A DNA stretch of 64,000 bases, taken from NCBI GenBank assembly GCA_032718475.1, contig JAUCBJ010006441.1:31380-95379 (forward strand). Reading direction: 5' to 3'. Position numbers and translations under genes: made by a program. The notes under the pieces were generated by a model, which saw only the letters and a list, made by a program, of their open reading frames with translations, was not told the origin of the DNA and did no database searches. The stretch comes from Nemertoderma westbladi. Its lineage: Eukaryota; Animalia; Xenacoelomorpha. Shown one piece after another: positions 13,827-26,618 of the stretch (position 1 is the stretch's first letter; every line of letters begins with the position of its first letter).

Positions 13827-15390
13827 TTCCGATGTGGTATAACTCAGAGGTAAAACGCTACACTCGCTACCACTGTCGGCTAAGAATTCTCCCACTGGAC
13901 TGGTGGCAACATATATAGAGTTCACTCCATCACAGGCCGCCCTTGCGGTGGAGCATTGGGGTTTCCCGAAGGTTGATTATTGTTTGGGTTTGTGTTATAT
14001 TGTCGTGTTTGAACCCATTCACAGTGTCCGCTACACTTTGTAGAATTTCTCCCGAACCGCCAGTGATACCAGCATAACTTACCGTTTGGGTTATATTGAC
14101 GTGTTCGGGAGTTGGAACGTACTCCGTATCTAGATGACGATCTCTCGAATCTTCTTCCGCGAAAACTACTGGTTGATTGTCGAGGTCTGCCTCTCTCATC
14201 TCCAGATGAAAGTGACTCAAAAGCCCTTGATAATCGGTTAATTTCTTGAGTTATGTTCTGGCACCATGTCTCCATAGTCGGAGCTGATGTGGCTTGTCCT
14301 TGTCTATAAACCTCAGCTTCAGGTTTACTAGTGAGTGAACTTGTTCCCCTTTCATTAATATTATTCACTAAGTTATAATTTGGCATTCGTTCAACCATTT
14401 GATCTGCGATTTCTGCGAGTTTTTCTACTGGCACTCCTTCTACAGCAATTAATACTAGTCGGACTGGTTCTGGAATAATATCCAAAAATCTCATTTTAAC
14501 AATATTAGGATTATTCGGAGCTAACCTCTGTAAGTGTCTCAAAATCACACTCGGCTTTCGGTCGCCCAATACTTGATCTTTGAGAAGTTTCTTTAGGCGA
14601 CGATCTTCACTATCATCGAAATACTTTATTAAGCATTCCTTTATTGTTTCAAAATAATCGGAAACTCGCGCACCACTGTCGAATATAACGTGAGTTGGTA
14701 ATGCTCGAAGTAAGCTATTTTTCTTTATAGTCTCAGATGAATTCGCCAGCATCTCCTCGATCTGGTCGAACCAAACTCTAGTATCCTTTTCGTAAAATTG
14801 TGGTAACTTAACATTTAGTGTCAGAGTTGGCGTTGGAGATCCCGATGAAGTACCAGTATTGTCCGGAACTGGAACAGTATTCATAGTCTGCTGGATGTGG
14901 TTGTAGGCCAACTGAACGAAAGTTGGGTTTTCCGCTTTTAACGCATCTAATATTTCTGGTTTCGTATCAGGAACTCCGGCATATTGAGGATCGTCCTTGT
15001 GTAGTAATTGTAAAATCGCCTCCAGGAAAACTTTTGGTACGTTGTGCAGATCTACCGGCATAGTCGATCCGTCGATATTGTAGGCCTCTTAGTCTACTGG
15101 TGTACAGGTCCACGCAATGGAACACGGTTATTATTTCTGGAGTTTTTTCACCGATCTTGTCTGGGTCACCAATATTATCCTAATTAGATAATAAAATAAT
15201 GAATCAAATAGATCTGAATTATTTAATAAGTATGAAATACTGAATTAACTTTTTACATAAAATATAAATTCTTCACTTTTTATATTAGACAGTACACAGT
15301 CAGACAGTGCTTAATAATAATAATAATCTAGGTTTCAGACTTTTTGTTGGTACCGGTCTGGAATATTGTTGAGTCTCTTAGGTCCTAACA
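13827..15390 (-). mobile_element. 3'-truncated Gypsy (Mag-like) LTR retrotransposon: 5' LTR, PBS, gag and start of protease
   Basis: LTR begins TGTTAGG at 15390 (~220 bp). PBS tggtgacccagac (15171-15159) resembles the tRNA-Trp 3' end. Protease motif FLADSGSECSVLP follows gag. The element interrupts the right Academ TIR. Confidence 0.85.
13922..15061 (-). CDS. gag: Gypsy Gag-like protein, 379 aa
   Basis: KLPQFYEKDTRVWFDQIE, LGDRKPSVILRHL and the C-terminal knuckle CWYHWRFGRNSTKCSGHC are typical of Mag-clade Gag. Confidence 0.85.
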   Translation of the reverse strand: MPVDLHNVPKVFLEAILQLLHKDDPQYAGVPDTKPEILDALKAENPTFVQLAYNHIQQTMNTVPVPDNTGTSSGSPTPTLTLNVKLPQFYEKDTRVWFDQIEEMLANSSETIKKNSLLRALPTHVIFDSGARVSDYFETIKECLIKYFDDSEDRRLKKLLKDQVLGDRKPSVILRHLQRLAPNNPNIVKMRFLDIIPEPVRLVLIAVEGVPVEKLAEIADQMVERMPNYNLVNNINERGTSSLTSKPEAEVYRQGQATSAPTMETWCQNITQEINRLSRAFESLSSGDERGRPRQSTSSFRGRRFERSSSRYGVRSNSRTRQYNPNGKLCWYHWRFGRNSTKCSGHCEWVQTRQYNTNPNNNQPSGNPNAPPQGRPVME

Positions 15391-15433
15391 GCCATCTAAA
15401 CTTAATTTTCGGGAGTTGGCAGGTAGACTAGTA

Positions 15434-17113
15434 TATACTTTCATACATACTGACTCTAACAAATACTGTAAAACCACGTACAATCATTGATTAAATTAAA
15501 CTCGACTAACATTATATTAATTAAAATTAATATAATTCAAATGTAAATTTACATAGTAAACTGCACAAGTTGTTTATTAAATAGCCTAAATAATTAATCA
15601 TTGATTAAATACGAACCACAAATACACATATTATACTAATCTAAATTACCATATGTACAATTTTTATTTTATGATAATATCCGAACTATTCAATATTTAT
15701 TCACAATTTTATCTCATATACAAATCAAAATCAGCAAATACTATTTCACACAAAAATGCCAATCAATACGAAACTACACATTTGGCTCCAACAAATACTG
15801 ATAATTGCATCTGCCTGTAACAAATAATGTATTATTACGCATGAACCTGCAAATAATCTGAAACATATTATACCAATTTAGTAATTGTATACAATGAAAT
15901 TATTTGATTTATGATTTATTTTATCCAAATACTATTTACAATTTCTCACATTACTTTTTTACAGATTTTTTTTGTACTAGTCAATTTCTAGTTTTTTACA
16001 AAATTTTACCACATAATAAATAATAATAGACAACAACTCCGCTCCCTTAAATTAGAACGAGTTACTTTAGTCTCTTTGAACAGTTATAATTTAACCAAGC
16101 TTACAAATATTATTATTTTTAGCTAGAACATCCAAACCAAAAACCGTTCATCGTTTATTATTTATTCTTTATATACGATGGTCTCGGGTTTAAAGGATTG
16201 TTGGTCATAATTTCCCGATTCCTCTCGTGCTCTTTCTAACAAACACAATCGGTGTACTGGTCTGTTCAAAAATTGACCGGTACTTGTTTTTATGTCAACA
16301 TCTCTTACCAAGTTATCGGCACTCACGTATGTCTTAACTATGCGAGCAGTTTTCCAATATTTTCTTGGTAAAATATTCTCAGCTAATAAAACCATATCGC
16401 CTGGTTTTACATTCTCTTGCTTCAAAACCATTTAGTCCGCAGTTGTACTGAAGGCAAATAATATCGTTCAAATGATACTGAGAATCGTTTCGTCAACAAT
16501 TGCATGAGCTTCCATGTCTCTCTCAAATGCTCGTCGCCGTCCTCGGGTTCTGACATTGGATGCATTATCACCGGCTTTTTCATTAGAAAATGGTTCGGCG
16601 TCAGGGCTTCCAATGAGTCAGGGTCCGACGAGACTGGATATAATGGTCTCACATTGAGATATGAGGCAATCTCTTCGAGCAAAATGCGTAGTAACTCATC
16701 TGTTAAATAAGCTTTGCACGGCAAAATGTGTGACATCGCTATTTTCACACTTTTGATTGCTCTCTCCCAACTGCCACCATACCACGGCGCGTGACTTGGC
16801 ATGAGTTTCCAAGTAGCTCCATAGATACTTAATTCTTGTTCAAAATGATCTTGATTCCAAGAATTAATGGCATTCTGTATTTCTTTTGACGCGGCCACAA
16901 AATTTGTGCCTTGGTCAGAATACACAATGCTGCTGGTTCCATAACGAGCAGTCTGTTGTCTTAAACATAACAGAACACTGTTCATGCTAAGATCATTTAC
17001 AAAGTCTAAATACATACAACGATACGTCATACATATTCCCAAGACTCCCCAACGTTTAACATATGTTCTGAACCGTTGGATTTCTATAGGTCCAAATAAG
17101 TCTAAACCTATAT
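15434..17113 (-). mobile_element. BEL/Pao subfamily C fragment: integrase C-terminus, PPT and probable 3' LTR start
   Basis: DLFGP, YSDQGTNF, APWYGGSWER, LTPNHFL and RPVHRLCLLE (frameshift near 16425). PPT-like agggagcggagt followed by TGT at ~16047-16033. LTR extent is uncertain. Confidence 0.8.
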
Positions 17114-18278
17114 TCCGACCTTCTCACCAAAACAATAAACTCTAAGTAAGCGAATATATATTGCAGTATCGGTCTCTTATAACCGGTGAGGCAGAAAACA
17201 GTCTACGAATGGACAAACTTCGATAAAACAAAATCCCGCGCAGCGAATCCTAACATCAGGCTGACTCACTGATGGACTAAGGGGCTCGTATACTTTGCCG
17301 CGGTGTGATTTATATGGTTGGGATAGAGAGATGCTAGCTAGGTGCAGAGATGTCTAACTAGCGGGCAAAGCGCAGTACGGACAAAATTATTTTATATATT
17401 TTGAGGTGTAAATAATTTCTAACGCGCGTGTGTCTTGGTTCTAAACAGTCAAAGTCAGTTTTGCTCCTTCACATATATAATTACTGGGTCCGGTGTGCAT
17501 TTTACAAATATTCTAATTTTGTAACTTGTAGGTCCAATACTCACGAATGATAAGGCTCCTTCCCCTTTTGTGTATTTCCAGGACTCAAATTCAGGCATAA
17601 GGTTAATACTACGCCCAGAATTCGGCAATTTAATTTACCAGGTCCCTAATACTAAGAAGAAATGTGTTAGTTTACTACCGTAGGCGTACTGTTACAAATA
17701 GCTAGCCTGGTATTCTTATCTAGAATTTTGGTTGCCTAGATGGGCACGGCAACTTCCTAACAGAATGTTGGCGGGGACATGGTAGATGTTAGTATCCCTA
17801 AATAGCCTCAATTTATTTGCGCCTAGTTGTAAACTGCCCTACCGCCTGAACGGTACAATCCTAATTCAGGTAAAACACAGTAACCCTTCTAGCCTACAAG
17901 TTCAAATGCAATGGACACCGTTGTACTACAAACAGTCACAGACGCACCTATACTTAGCAAGAGTTAGGCGTACAGTTTGCTGCACCCTACCAATGTGTAT
18001 GCCTTGTAACGGTGTGCCTGCGTCCTATCTGTGTACTAGTATCTCTGCCTGATCTCCTCTCCCCGTAGGAATATGAAGGTCTACTGCGGGTTTTTTCTCT
18101 GAATTAAGACAGTACGGTCCCTAGATGTAAATTTTAGCGCACAGCGTGTCACTACCTCTACCTTCGATCTTTGGTCTTACACTTAGGTAGCAAGGCATTG
18201 AACGCTGTCTAACCTTCAGGCGATGGGCGAATAACTCAAGAATGATATTGCGGGTTGTCTCCTCCTACATTCCTCAGA

Positions 18279-18620
18279 TGTTCCCGTTCATTGCTGTGGC
18301 CCGATGTTTAGCCTGCCATCCTGTCCCTCAGTTAGGTTCACCGTGGTAAAACATGATAGGAAAAGGGCAGATGTAACAAGTATTTCTAACTTTTATTACA
18401 GAATTAAACAATAACTATTATACAATAAATGTAACAAGAGTGAAGATAGATAACTAATGAACAAATCGCACCCTTTTATAGCAAATTTGTGCTGCAATCA
18501 ATCGAGATAAATCTAGATTGTTCTATGAGTTCTAATAGGTTTTTAAAGATAACTATTGGTCCAGCGAACACGTATCTTGCACGACATTGGTTACTATCTA
18601 ATAACTGCAATCCTATTGGT
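18279..18620 (-). promoter_or_regulatory. LTR promoter, R and U5 region (paralog at 25091-~25450)
   Basis: On the minus strand: three CCAAT boxes ~30 bp apart (18619, 18590, 18559), TATAAAA (18480-18474), AATAAA (18397-18392) and terminus GGGAACA at 18279. Confidence 0.7.
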
Positions 18621-18686
18621 TAATCTACCTTGAGCAAATGCAATTTAATTTGTAGCGGTTAATTTAAATGAGTTGAAACTTAGCAC

Positions 18687-18770
18687 AAAAAATGATTCGC
18701 ACCTACTAGGATTCGAACTCAATACCTACTACACGAATTTCCAACGCTTAACCAACTGAGCTACTGAACC
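18687..18770 (-). ncRNA. tRNA-like Pol III unit within the BEL LTR (copy 1)
   Basis: A-box TAGCTCAGTTGG, B-box GAGTTCGAATCC and a T6 terminator. No convincing anticodon or acceptor stem. Confidence 0.6.
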
Positions 18771-19419
18771 ACTTGAACAATGTTATACAAATAGATATAC
18801 TGAATGCAAATGAGGACTTAATGTAATCTTTATAGCAAAGTTAATTCGAACAAAATAAAATTTTGAAATCCACGGCATTTATGAGAATATAATTCTATAC
18901 CGCTCCATGAAAACAGGATATTATCGTGCATAAAATATACGGTTTTCACCAATAATAAATCAAATTATAGAATACTTGGGACGTACTTACATATTTACAA
19001 ATTAAATCTCAACAATAATACCTCTACATAATAATTCGATAGAAAAATAATTACAAATTCAAACTCTACGTATTTAAGGCTTTATTAAGTAAGTACAATA
19101 TAAATCTAAATTATATTCACCAAAATAAATCTATTGCATCTCAAATATTGCATAAATTCAAACAATCACAAATACTAATACTACTTAAATATAAAACAAA
19201 TTGCATAAGTTCGGAATAATTTCAAATAATCACAAGAAAGGCTCACAAGTCTTCCGTCTGCTCTTGCCTTCTATTTACTGCGAATACAAATACTGCTTCT
19301 TTATAAAATATAAATTGCATAATATTCGAAACAATAAATTGCGTAAGTTTGGAATGACTACAAATATAGCACTTTCTAAATATAAATCTTTCTAAATGTA
19401 AATCTTTACTAAATATAGA

Positions 19420-19795
19420 TATAAACTGCATAAGTTTAGAACAATATAAACTGCATAAGTTTAGAACAATATAAACTGCAAAAGTTTAGAACAATATAAA
19501 CTGCATAAGTTTAGAACAATATAAACTGCATAAGTTTAGAACAATATAAACTGCATAAGTTTAGAACAATATAAACTCTTTAGGCATCTCAAATATAAAA
19601 TATAAATCTTTCAAATATAAATTCCTTCTAAATACAAAACTTCCTGAATTTCAAAATTGGAACAATACAAATACATAAGTTTAGAACAATGTAAATTGCA
19701 TAAATTTAGAATAATATAAATTGCATAAATTTAGAATAATATAAATTGCATAAATTTAGAACAATATAAATTGCATAAATTTAGAGCAATATAAA
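19420..19795. repeat. 25-bp AT-rich minisatellite downstream of ORF2 in the BEL element
   Basis: Unit aatataaactgcataagtttagaac. The paralog at ~26220-26470 has fewer copies. Confidence 0.85.
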
Positions 19796-19919
19796 TTTTA
19801 AACAATACAAATTACATAAACAATTCAATTTACATGAACAATACAAAGAAAAACAATACATAAGACAAACAATACATAAGAAAGGCTCACGAGTCTTCCG
19901 TCCACCCTTGCCCTCCCTT

Positions 19920-21350
19920 TTACCGCTTGGTGGATCGAGCCCTGCCGCGTCCTCGAAAACTGCGTACAGGTGACTTTGCTCGCGGTATGGGACTTGTGGG
20001 GCGAGTCACTAGTTTACCTTGGACGTTGGGAGATGGTGCGACCATTTCCTCACATGCTCGTCTATTAGGCATCCCAAATCCTCGACCGACTCCTCGTGAT
20101 CGACCGGTTGTGTCTACCGTTGGTAAAACGTCTGGGAACGCGCGGGAAGCGGACGACGCAGACCCAAGAGAAACTTGCGCCCCCTTTTATCAGCTGGTAT
20201 GTGTCCTAATCCTCCTTGCGGTTCTCTGGGAAGTGACACCGTATCTCGAGTAACTCGAATAGTCGGTTCACTACCCTTTCTTTCTTCAATATTTATAGTT
20301 TTCTTTAGTTGTTGGCTCACTTTCTGAACCCTTATAATCCTGTTCTGTCGAATACGCTCGCTCGTGCGTTTATGGTACAAGGCGGCTCGGTACGCCCATG
20401 CGACGGTTAACCAAGCTCCCTTATTTCGCTTTTCCGTTCGGAAACGATCAAATTCACCATATGTGATACGATTAAACATTTTGGGCAAAGTTTATTCTTT
20501 CGAAAATTTTTGGTGTCATCTCCTTAGCTGAAGTATAATCGTGTGACGTCCAATGGTAAGGTATGCTCGCGAGTCTTCCGCCCCATTCTTCCATCTCTCC
20601 TTCCTCGAAAGCCTTATAGGCTCTGTATAGGCTAAGAGCTTCTTTCTTTTCGCGGGTTGACTGAGTCACCTCTTCCAGCGTAAGTTCAAATGCATCGGGT
20701 TCAACAATCTTAGGTGGACAAACGACAATTTCTCCCACCTTTGGTCCACACATAGCAAATGAATGATATGGATTCGATAAAGGATACCCTCCTTCCTGGT
20801 AGCGTAGTTGTTGATGGTTCGAACACCTCGCCAATATCGGTTCGGGATTTTCTTTATTCAAACGCATCGGAATCGCATTTCGTTGTTCGCGCATACAAGC
20901 ACCGCATTGATAATAAAGTTTATAAACTGAAAATGCTTCCTTTGTTTCTCTATCGTCCCCTCGAGTTCGTCTGTAAAGATGCATTCCATCGAATTCATCG
21001 CGTACCGCGGGCATAGGTTCGTGCGCCTTCAGGTATTGCATAGTATGATACAAATGACTAATTTTGGTATCGGGATCTTCGCTAATATCTCCCGTGTCAC
21101 ATAAAGCGTTGTACGGGTAAAGTTCATTGAAGGTTTTGCGTAAACTTTCTATTCTTTCATTTAACGCATTTTGCCTTCTCTTTAATACGTTCGAGTCATA
21201 TTTGGTCTTTGCGAGTTTCGCTGTACTTTCTGATAAATCCTTTATTCCAAATATGGTGTAATCCTTAGCTCCAAATCGTTCGAATGGCGCTGCTGCTTCC
21301 TCTTGGATATCATATCCCCATCTCGGCTCTCCATGTATCCCTTTCGCCAT
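19920..21350 (-). pseudogene. BEL-A accessory ORF2, copy 1; exonuclease and knuckle region deleted
   Basis: MAKGIHGEPRWG...INFAQNV is joined directly to NRITYGEF (~2.2 kb missing relative to 29455-27258). Ends RSFRGRGRARSTKR-stop. Confidence 0.85.
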
Positions 21351-22012
21351 TATTAGAAGTGTAGTTACATAATCATTGCTACTAGAGGGAATACAACAGA
21401 GTTTATTGTTAGTTGTGAGGAGATGTGAGAGTTTTCGTCTGCCCTTTTGGCTCGACAACGCTCTAACCTCCTACCCATAGCCTAAGATCTAAGGTTTCTT
21501 TAATGACACGCTGTTTCTTATCTAAAATTTTTTGCCGAAATAAAAACGATTTTGGGCTAAACTGGCTGTGAGTCTAAAATACTCACTTTTTGATCCCAAA
21601 CTATTATCAGAAAATAAGCAATCAAGAGTTAGTAATAAATATAGGGAAGTCTATTATTTGACGTAACTTATTGAAACAAGACCGTGTAAATTTTATTAAA
21701 ATTTAAGAAAGGCTCGCGAGTCTTCCGTTCTCTTGTTTCTCTAATTTTAAGTTCCACCCGACTGTACCCTGAAATCTATTCACTGGAGAAAATTTTAAAA
21801 TTTTTTCAAATCCAAATGGATTGTCTAAAATTTCGAAAATGTCTCAATATTGTGAGTTTCAAGTAGAATTCCATTTCTTATACCTACAAATCCCGCTCCT
21901 ATGTGACACATAAGGGTACTACCCTCAATGTTCACATATAAAGACAATGGAATTTTACCGCTGTCTTTACTACAGTGTACAGGTACGTGGAAATCTATTT
22001 GTAAACTCCTTA

Positions 22013-23849
22013 CTATTTACTAACATTAGTTGGAGACTTGTAATCTCCAGACTTGTTTCGCGTCTCTTCAAGAAGTACGAGACGTTGAGTCGGTCTGTCT
22101 ACTGTACGACCGTCAATTGTCCGTACAGTCACAGTTCTTGTCACTCCATCCATAGATGGATGTGTGTCTAAAATTACACCTGTTATCCAGAAGCGTCTTT
22201 TTAGATTCACTTCTGCTAACAGCACATGATCTCCCGCTCTTAAAGCGCGAGTTTTGTTGTACCAACTAGTTCTGGCAGAAATAGAGGGCAAATAATGGTT
22301 TTGCCATATTTCCCAGAATTTGTTAGCCAGTAGTTGCGTGATTTTCCACGCTTTTCTACCGTAGCTATCGCCTTATATTGGAATAGAAATAGGCATTAAT
22401 GTAGTCGGTGCCTGCATTAGCAGGTGTGCCGGTGTTAAAGCAAACTGGGATTGTTTGTCATCGGGTACTAATACTATTGGTCTAGTATTTAGTATTGCCT
22501 CGATTTCAACAAACAATGTTGTCAGTTGGTCGTCTGTCAAGATGTGGTTTACTGGAATTACTTTTGCCATGGCTGTTTTTATAGATCTAATCAATCTCTC
22601 CCAGACTCCGCCTCTCCATGGACTGTCTGGAGGATTAAACTTCCAAACAATCTTGTAAGGACGTAGTTCGTTTGAGATTTGATCATGATCTAATTTCTTA
22701 AAGGCTCTAGCAATTTCATTTCGAGCACCAACAAAGTTTGTACCTTGGTCTGAGTACAAGCATTTTACTAGTCCACGTCTAGCGATAAATCGCCGCAATG
22801 CTAGTATAAAGGCGTTGGTGGAAAGATCCATCACACGTTCAATATGGACTGCCCTACTGGACATGCATGTGAAAATCAGTCCCCAGCGTTTCACTAATAT
22901 ACGTCCACGTTTCGTATGTATGGGACCAAAGCAGTCAATTCCAGTCTATGTGAAAGGTGGTCTGAATGCCTGTAGTCGTGCTTGTGGAAGTTCACTCATT
23001 TCTTGGGTACTTATTCTAGAATGTACCTTTTTACAAATAATACACATACGCGTCACTGAACTTAGTGCTTTACTGGGTCTAATTAATACAAATCTTGTAC
23101 GTAAGTAGGAAAGACAGTGGTGTCTTCCAGCGTGTTTCAGATGTAAATGTGCGTCCAGTATCATTGCACGTTGTAATTCGTGATGTTGTGGTATTATTAT
23201 TGGGTACCTAAAATCAGTATTAAAGTCAAAGTTTTGAAGCCGAGATTTATGACAAATTAAGCCATTATAAATTATCGGACTCCAACTCAATATTGGTGAC
23301 GACTTGATTGGTTGACCTTGACTTATAGATGTGAATTCGCGTGCGAAATATCGTAATTGGTAATGGCGAATTAATTTAATTTCACATCTGTCAATCTCAG
23401 TCAATGTGAGTCGACGTGTAAAGTCGCGTTTGCCTTTAACGTACTGTACAAAACTTACAATCCACGCTAATTTTCGGCACGCGTTTGTCCAAGAATCTGT
23501 CAAATTTACAATACGGTCGACGTAAGTATTTATGACGTCATCAGGTAAGTCAATGGAGAATTTGGAAGGTTTTGTTTTACTAGATGGGCCCACGAGTCCG
23601 CCGGTAAGTATTCCCTTGTTGACTGTTGATCCGTCCGGGTCTACAAGTAATTTGTCCTTCTTCGTCTTCTTACCTTGATTGTCATTACTTTGTGTATCGA
23701 TTCGTAATGGTGGTTTTAACTCTATGGGATCGCTGGGTTTCGGTAAATTTGTTTTTCTGCCGATATTAATCCCAGGTCTCACCGTAGGTTGTAAGGTTGG
23801 TATGTCTCTTGAGCGTCAAGTAACACCTGTATTTACATTAGCGTAGGTA
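22013..23849 (-). pseudogene. pol: BEL-A pol 3' part (integrase), copy 1
   Basis: HHCC zinc finger (HLKH...CIIC), IDCFGP, YSDQGTNF and WRGGVWER, with stops and frameshifts. Confidence 0.92.
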
Positions 23850-25514
23850 TTGGAAGAGACAGTAACAAAATACCCTGCAATATCCTACTGTAAAGTTTGT
23901 GAATCAAATCATAATCCGACCTTCTCACCAAAACAGTAAACTCTAAGTAAGCGAATATATATTGCAGTATTTTGTCTCTTAAAACCGGTGAGGCAGAAAA
24001 CAGTCTACGAACGGACAAACTTCGATAAAACAAAATCCCGCGCAGCGAATCCTAAAATCAGGCTGACTCGCTGACGGATTAAGGGGCTCGTATACTTTGC
24101 CGCGGTGTGATTTATATGGTTGGGATAGAGACGCTAGCTAGGTGCAGAGATCTAGAGATGTCTAACTAGCGGGCAAAGCGCAGTACGGACAAAAGTTAAT
24201 TTTATATATTTTGAGGTGTAAATAATTTCTAACGCGCGTGTGTCTTAATTCTAAACAGTCAAAGTCAGTTTTGCTCCTTCATATATATAATTACTGGGTC
24301 CGGTGTACATTTTACGAATATTCTAATTTTTGTAACTTGTAGGTCCAATACTCACGAATGATAAGGCTCCTTCCCCTTTCATGTATTTCCAGGACTCAAA
24401 TTCAGGCATAAGGTTAATACTACGCCCAGAATTCGGCAATTTAATTTACCAGGTCCCTAATACTAAGAAGAAATGTGTTAGTTTACTACGGTAGGCGTAC
24501 AGTTACTAATAGCTAGCCTCGTGTTCCTATCTAGAATTTTGGTTGCCTAGATGGGTACGGCAACTTCCTAACAGAATGTTGGCGGGGACACGGTAGATGT
24601 TAGTATCCCTAAATAGCCTCAATTTATTTTGCGCCTAGTGTAAACTGCCCTACCGCCTGAACGGTACAATCCCAATTCAGGTAAAACACAGTAACCCTCC
24701 TGGCCTACAAGTTCTAATGCAATGGACACCGTTGTACTACAAATAGTCACAGACGCACCTGCACTTAGCAAGAGTTAGGCGTACAGTTTGCTGCACCCTA
24801 CCAATGTGTATGCCTTGTACCGGTGTGCCTACGTCCTATCTGTGTACTAGTATCTCTGCCTGATCTCCTCTCCCCCGTAGGAATATGAAGGTCTACTGCG
24901 GGTTTTCTCTGAATTAAGACGGTACGGTCCCTAGATGTAATTTTTAGCGCACAGCGTGTCACTACCTCTACCTTCGATCTTTGGTCTTATACTTAGGTAG
25001 CAAGGCATTGAACGCTGTCTAACCTTTCAGGCGATGGGCGAATAACTCAAGAATGATATTGTGGGTTGTCTCCTGTCTACATTCCTCAGATGTTCCCGTT
25101 CATTGCTGTGGCCCGATGTTTAGCCTGCCATCCTGTCCCTCAATTAAGTTCACCGTGGTAAAACATGATAGAAAAACAGATGTAACAAGTATTTCTAACT
25201 TTATTACAGAATATACATAAACGTAACAAGAAACTAATAGATAACTAATAACTAAGTGAAAGAAGAAATAGAAATCGATAACTAATGAATGAAATCGCAC
25301 CTTTTATAGCAAAGTTGTGCTGCAATCAATCGAGAAAATTCTCGATTGTTCTATGAGTTCTAATAGGTTTTTAAAGATAACTATTGGTCCAGCGAATATA
25401 TAACTTGCACGACATTGGTTACTATCTAATAACTGCAATCCCATTGGTTAATCTATTTCGAGCAAATGCAATTTAATTTGTAGCGGTCAATTTAAATGAG
25501 TTGAAACTCTGCAC

Positions 25515-25599
25515 AAAAAATAATTCGCACCTACAAGGATTCGAACTCAATACCTACTACATATAATTTCCAACGCTTTACCGACTGAGCTACTGAACC
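25515..25599 (-). ncRNA. tRNA-like Pol III unit within the BEL LTR (copy 2)
   Basis: A-box TAGCTCAGTCGG, B-box GAGTTCGAATCC and a T6 terminator. Confidence 0.6.
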
Positions 25600-26618
25600 A
25601 CTTGAATAATCATCGTACAAATAGATATAGTAAATACAAATGAGGACTTAATGTAATCTTTATAACAAAGTTAATTCGAATAAAATAAAATTTTGAAAAT
25701 CCACGGCATTTAGAGAATATAATTCTATACCGCTCCATGAAAACAGGATATTATCGTGCATAAAATATACGGTTTTCACCAATACTAAATCAAATTATGG
25801 AATACTTGGGATGTACTTACATATTTACAAATTAAATCTCAACAATAATACCTCTACATAATAATTCGATACAAAAATAATTACAAATTCAAACTTTACG
25901 TATTTAAGGCTTTATTAAGTAAGTACAATATAAATCTAAATTAAATTCACCAAAATAAATCTATTGCATCTCAAATATTGCATAAATTCAAACAATCACA
26001 AATACTAATACTACTTAAACATAAACAAATTGCATAAGTTCGGATAATTTCAAATAAATCACAAGAAAGGCTCACAAGTCTTCCGTCTGCTCTTGCCTTC
26101 TATTTACTGTAAATACAAATACTGCTTCTTTATAAAATATAAATTGCATAATATTCGAAACAATAAATTGCGTAAGTTTGGAATGACTACAAATATAGCA
26201 CTTTCTAAATATAAATCTTTACTAAATTGCATAAGTTTAGAATAATACTGTATAAGTTTAGAATAATATAAACTCCTTTGCATCTCAAATATGAAATATA
26301 AATCTTTCAAATATAAGTTCCTTCTAAATATAAACTTTCTAAATTTCATAAATTCGGAACAATACAAATACATAAATTTATAACAATGTAAATTGCATAA
26401 ATTTAGAATAATATAAATTGCATAAACTTAGAACAATATAAATTGCATAAATTTAGAGCAATATAAATTTTAAACAATACAAATTACATAAATAATTCAA
26501 TTTACATAAACAATTTGATTTACCTAAACAATGCATAAAACAATACATAAAACAAACATAAAAGAAACAATTCACAAGAAAGGCTCACGAGTCTTCCGTC
26601 CACTCCTTCCTTCCCGCT

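Larger units (their letters stand above)
8687..15430 (-). mobile_element. AcademX-type DNA transposon, internally deleted, with nested insertions
   Basis: TAG...CTA termini and 3-bp TSD gta (8684-8686 and 15431-15433). ~1-kb TIRs: 8687-~9707 vs ~12838-13826 plus 15391-15430. Transposase remnants and a C-terminal Cys-rich finger are present. Confidence 0.85.
17114..25090 (-). mobile_element. BEL/Pao subfamily A, deleted tandem unit: leader, 3' pol, deleted ORF2, LTR, repeated leader
   Basis: Highly similar to 23915-34508. The leader is joined directly to pol at 23849/23850, so gag-PR-RT-RH are absent. Confidence 0.88.

Noticed and set aside
17681-17695. BEL leader motif taggcgtactgttac resembling the reverse complement of the 18/21-bp satellite
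   Set aside because: A 13/15 match is too short to support common origin.
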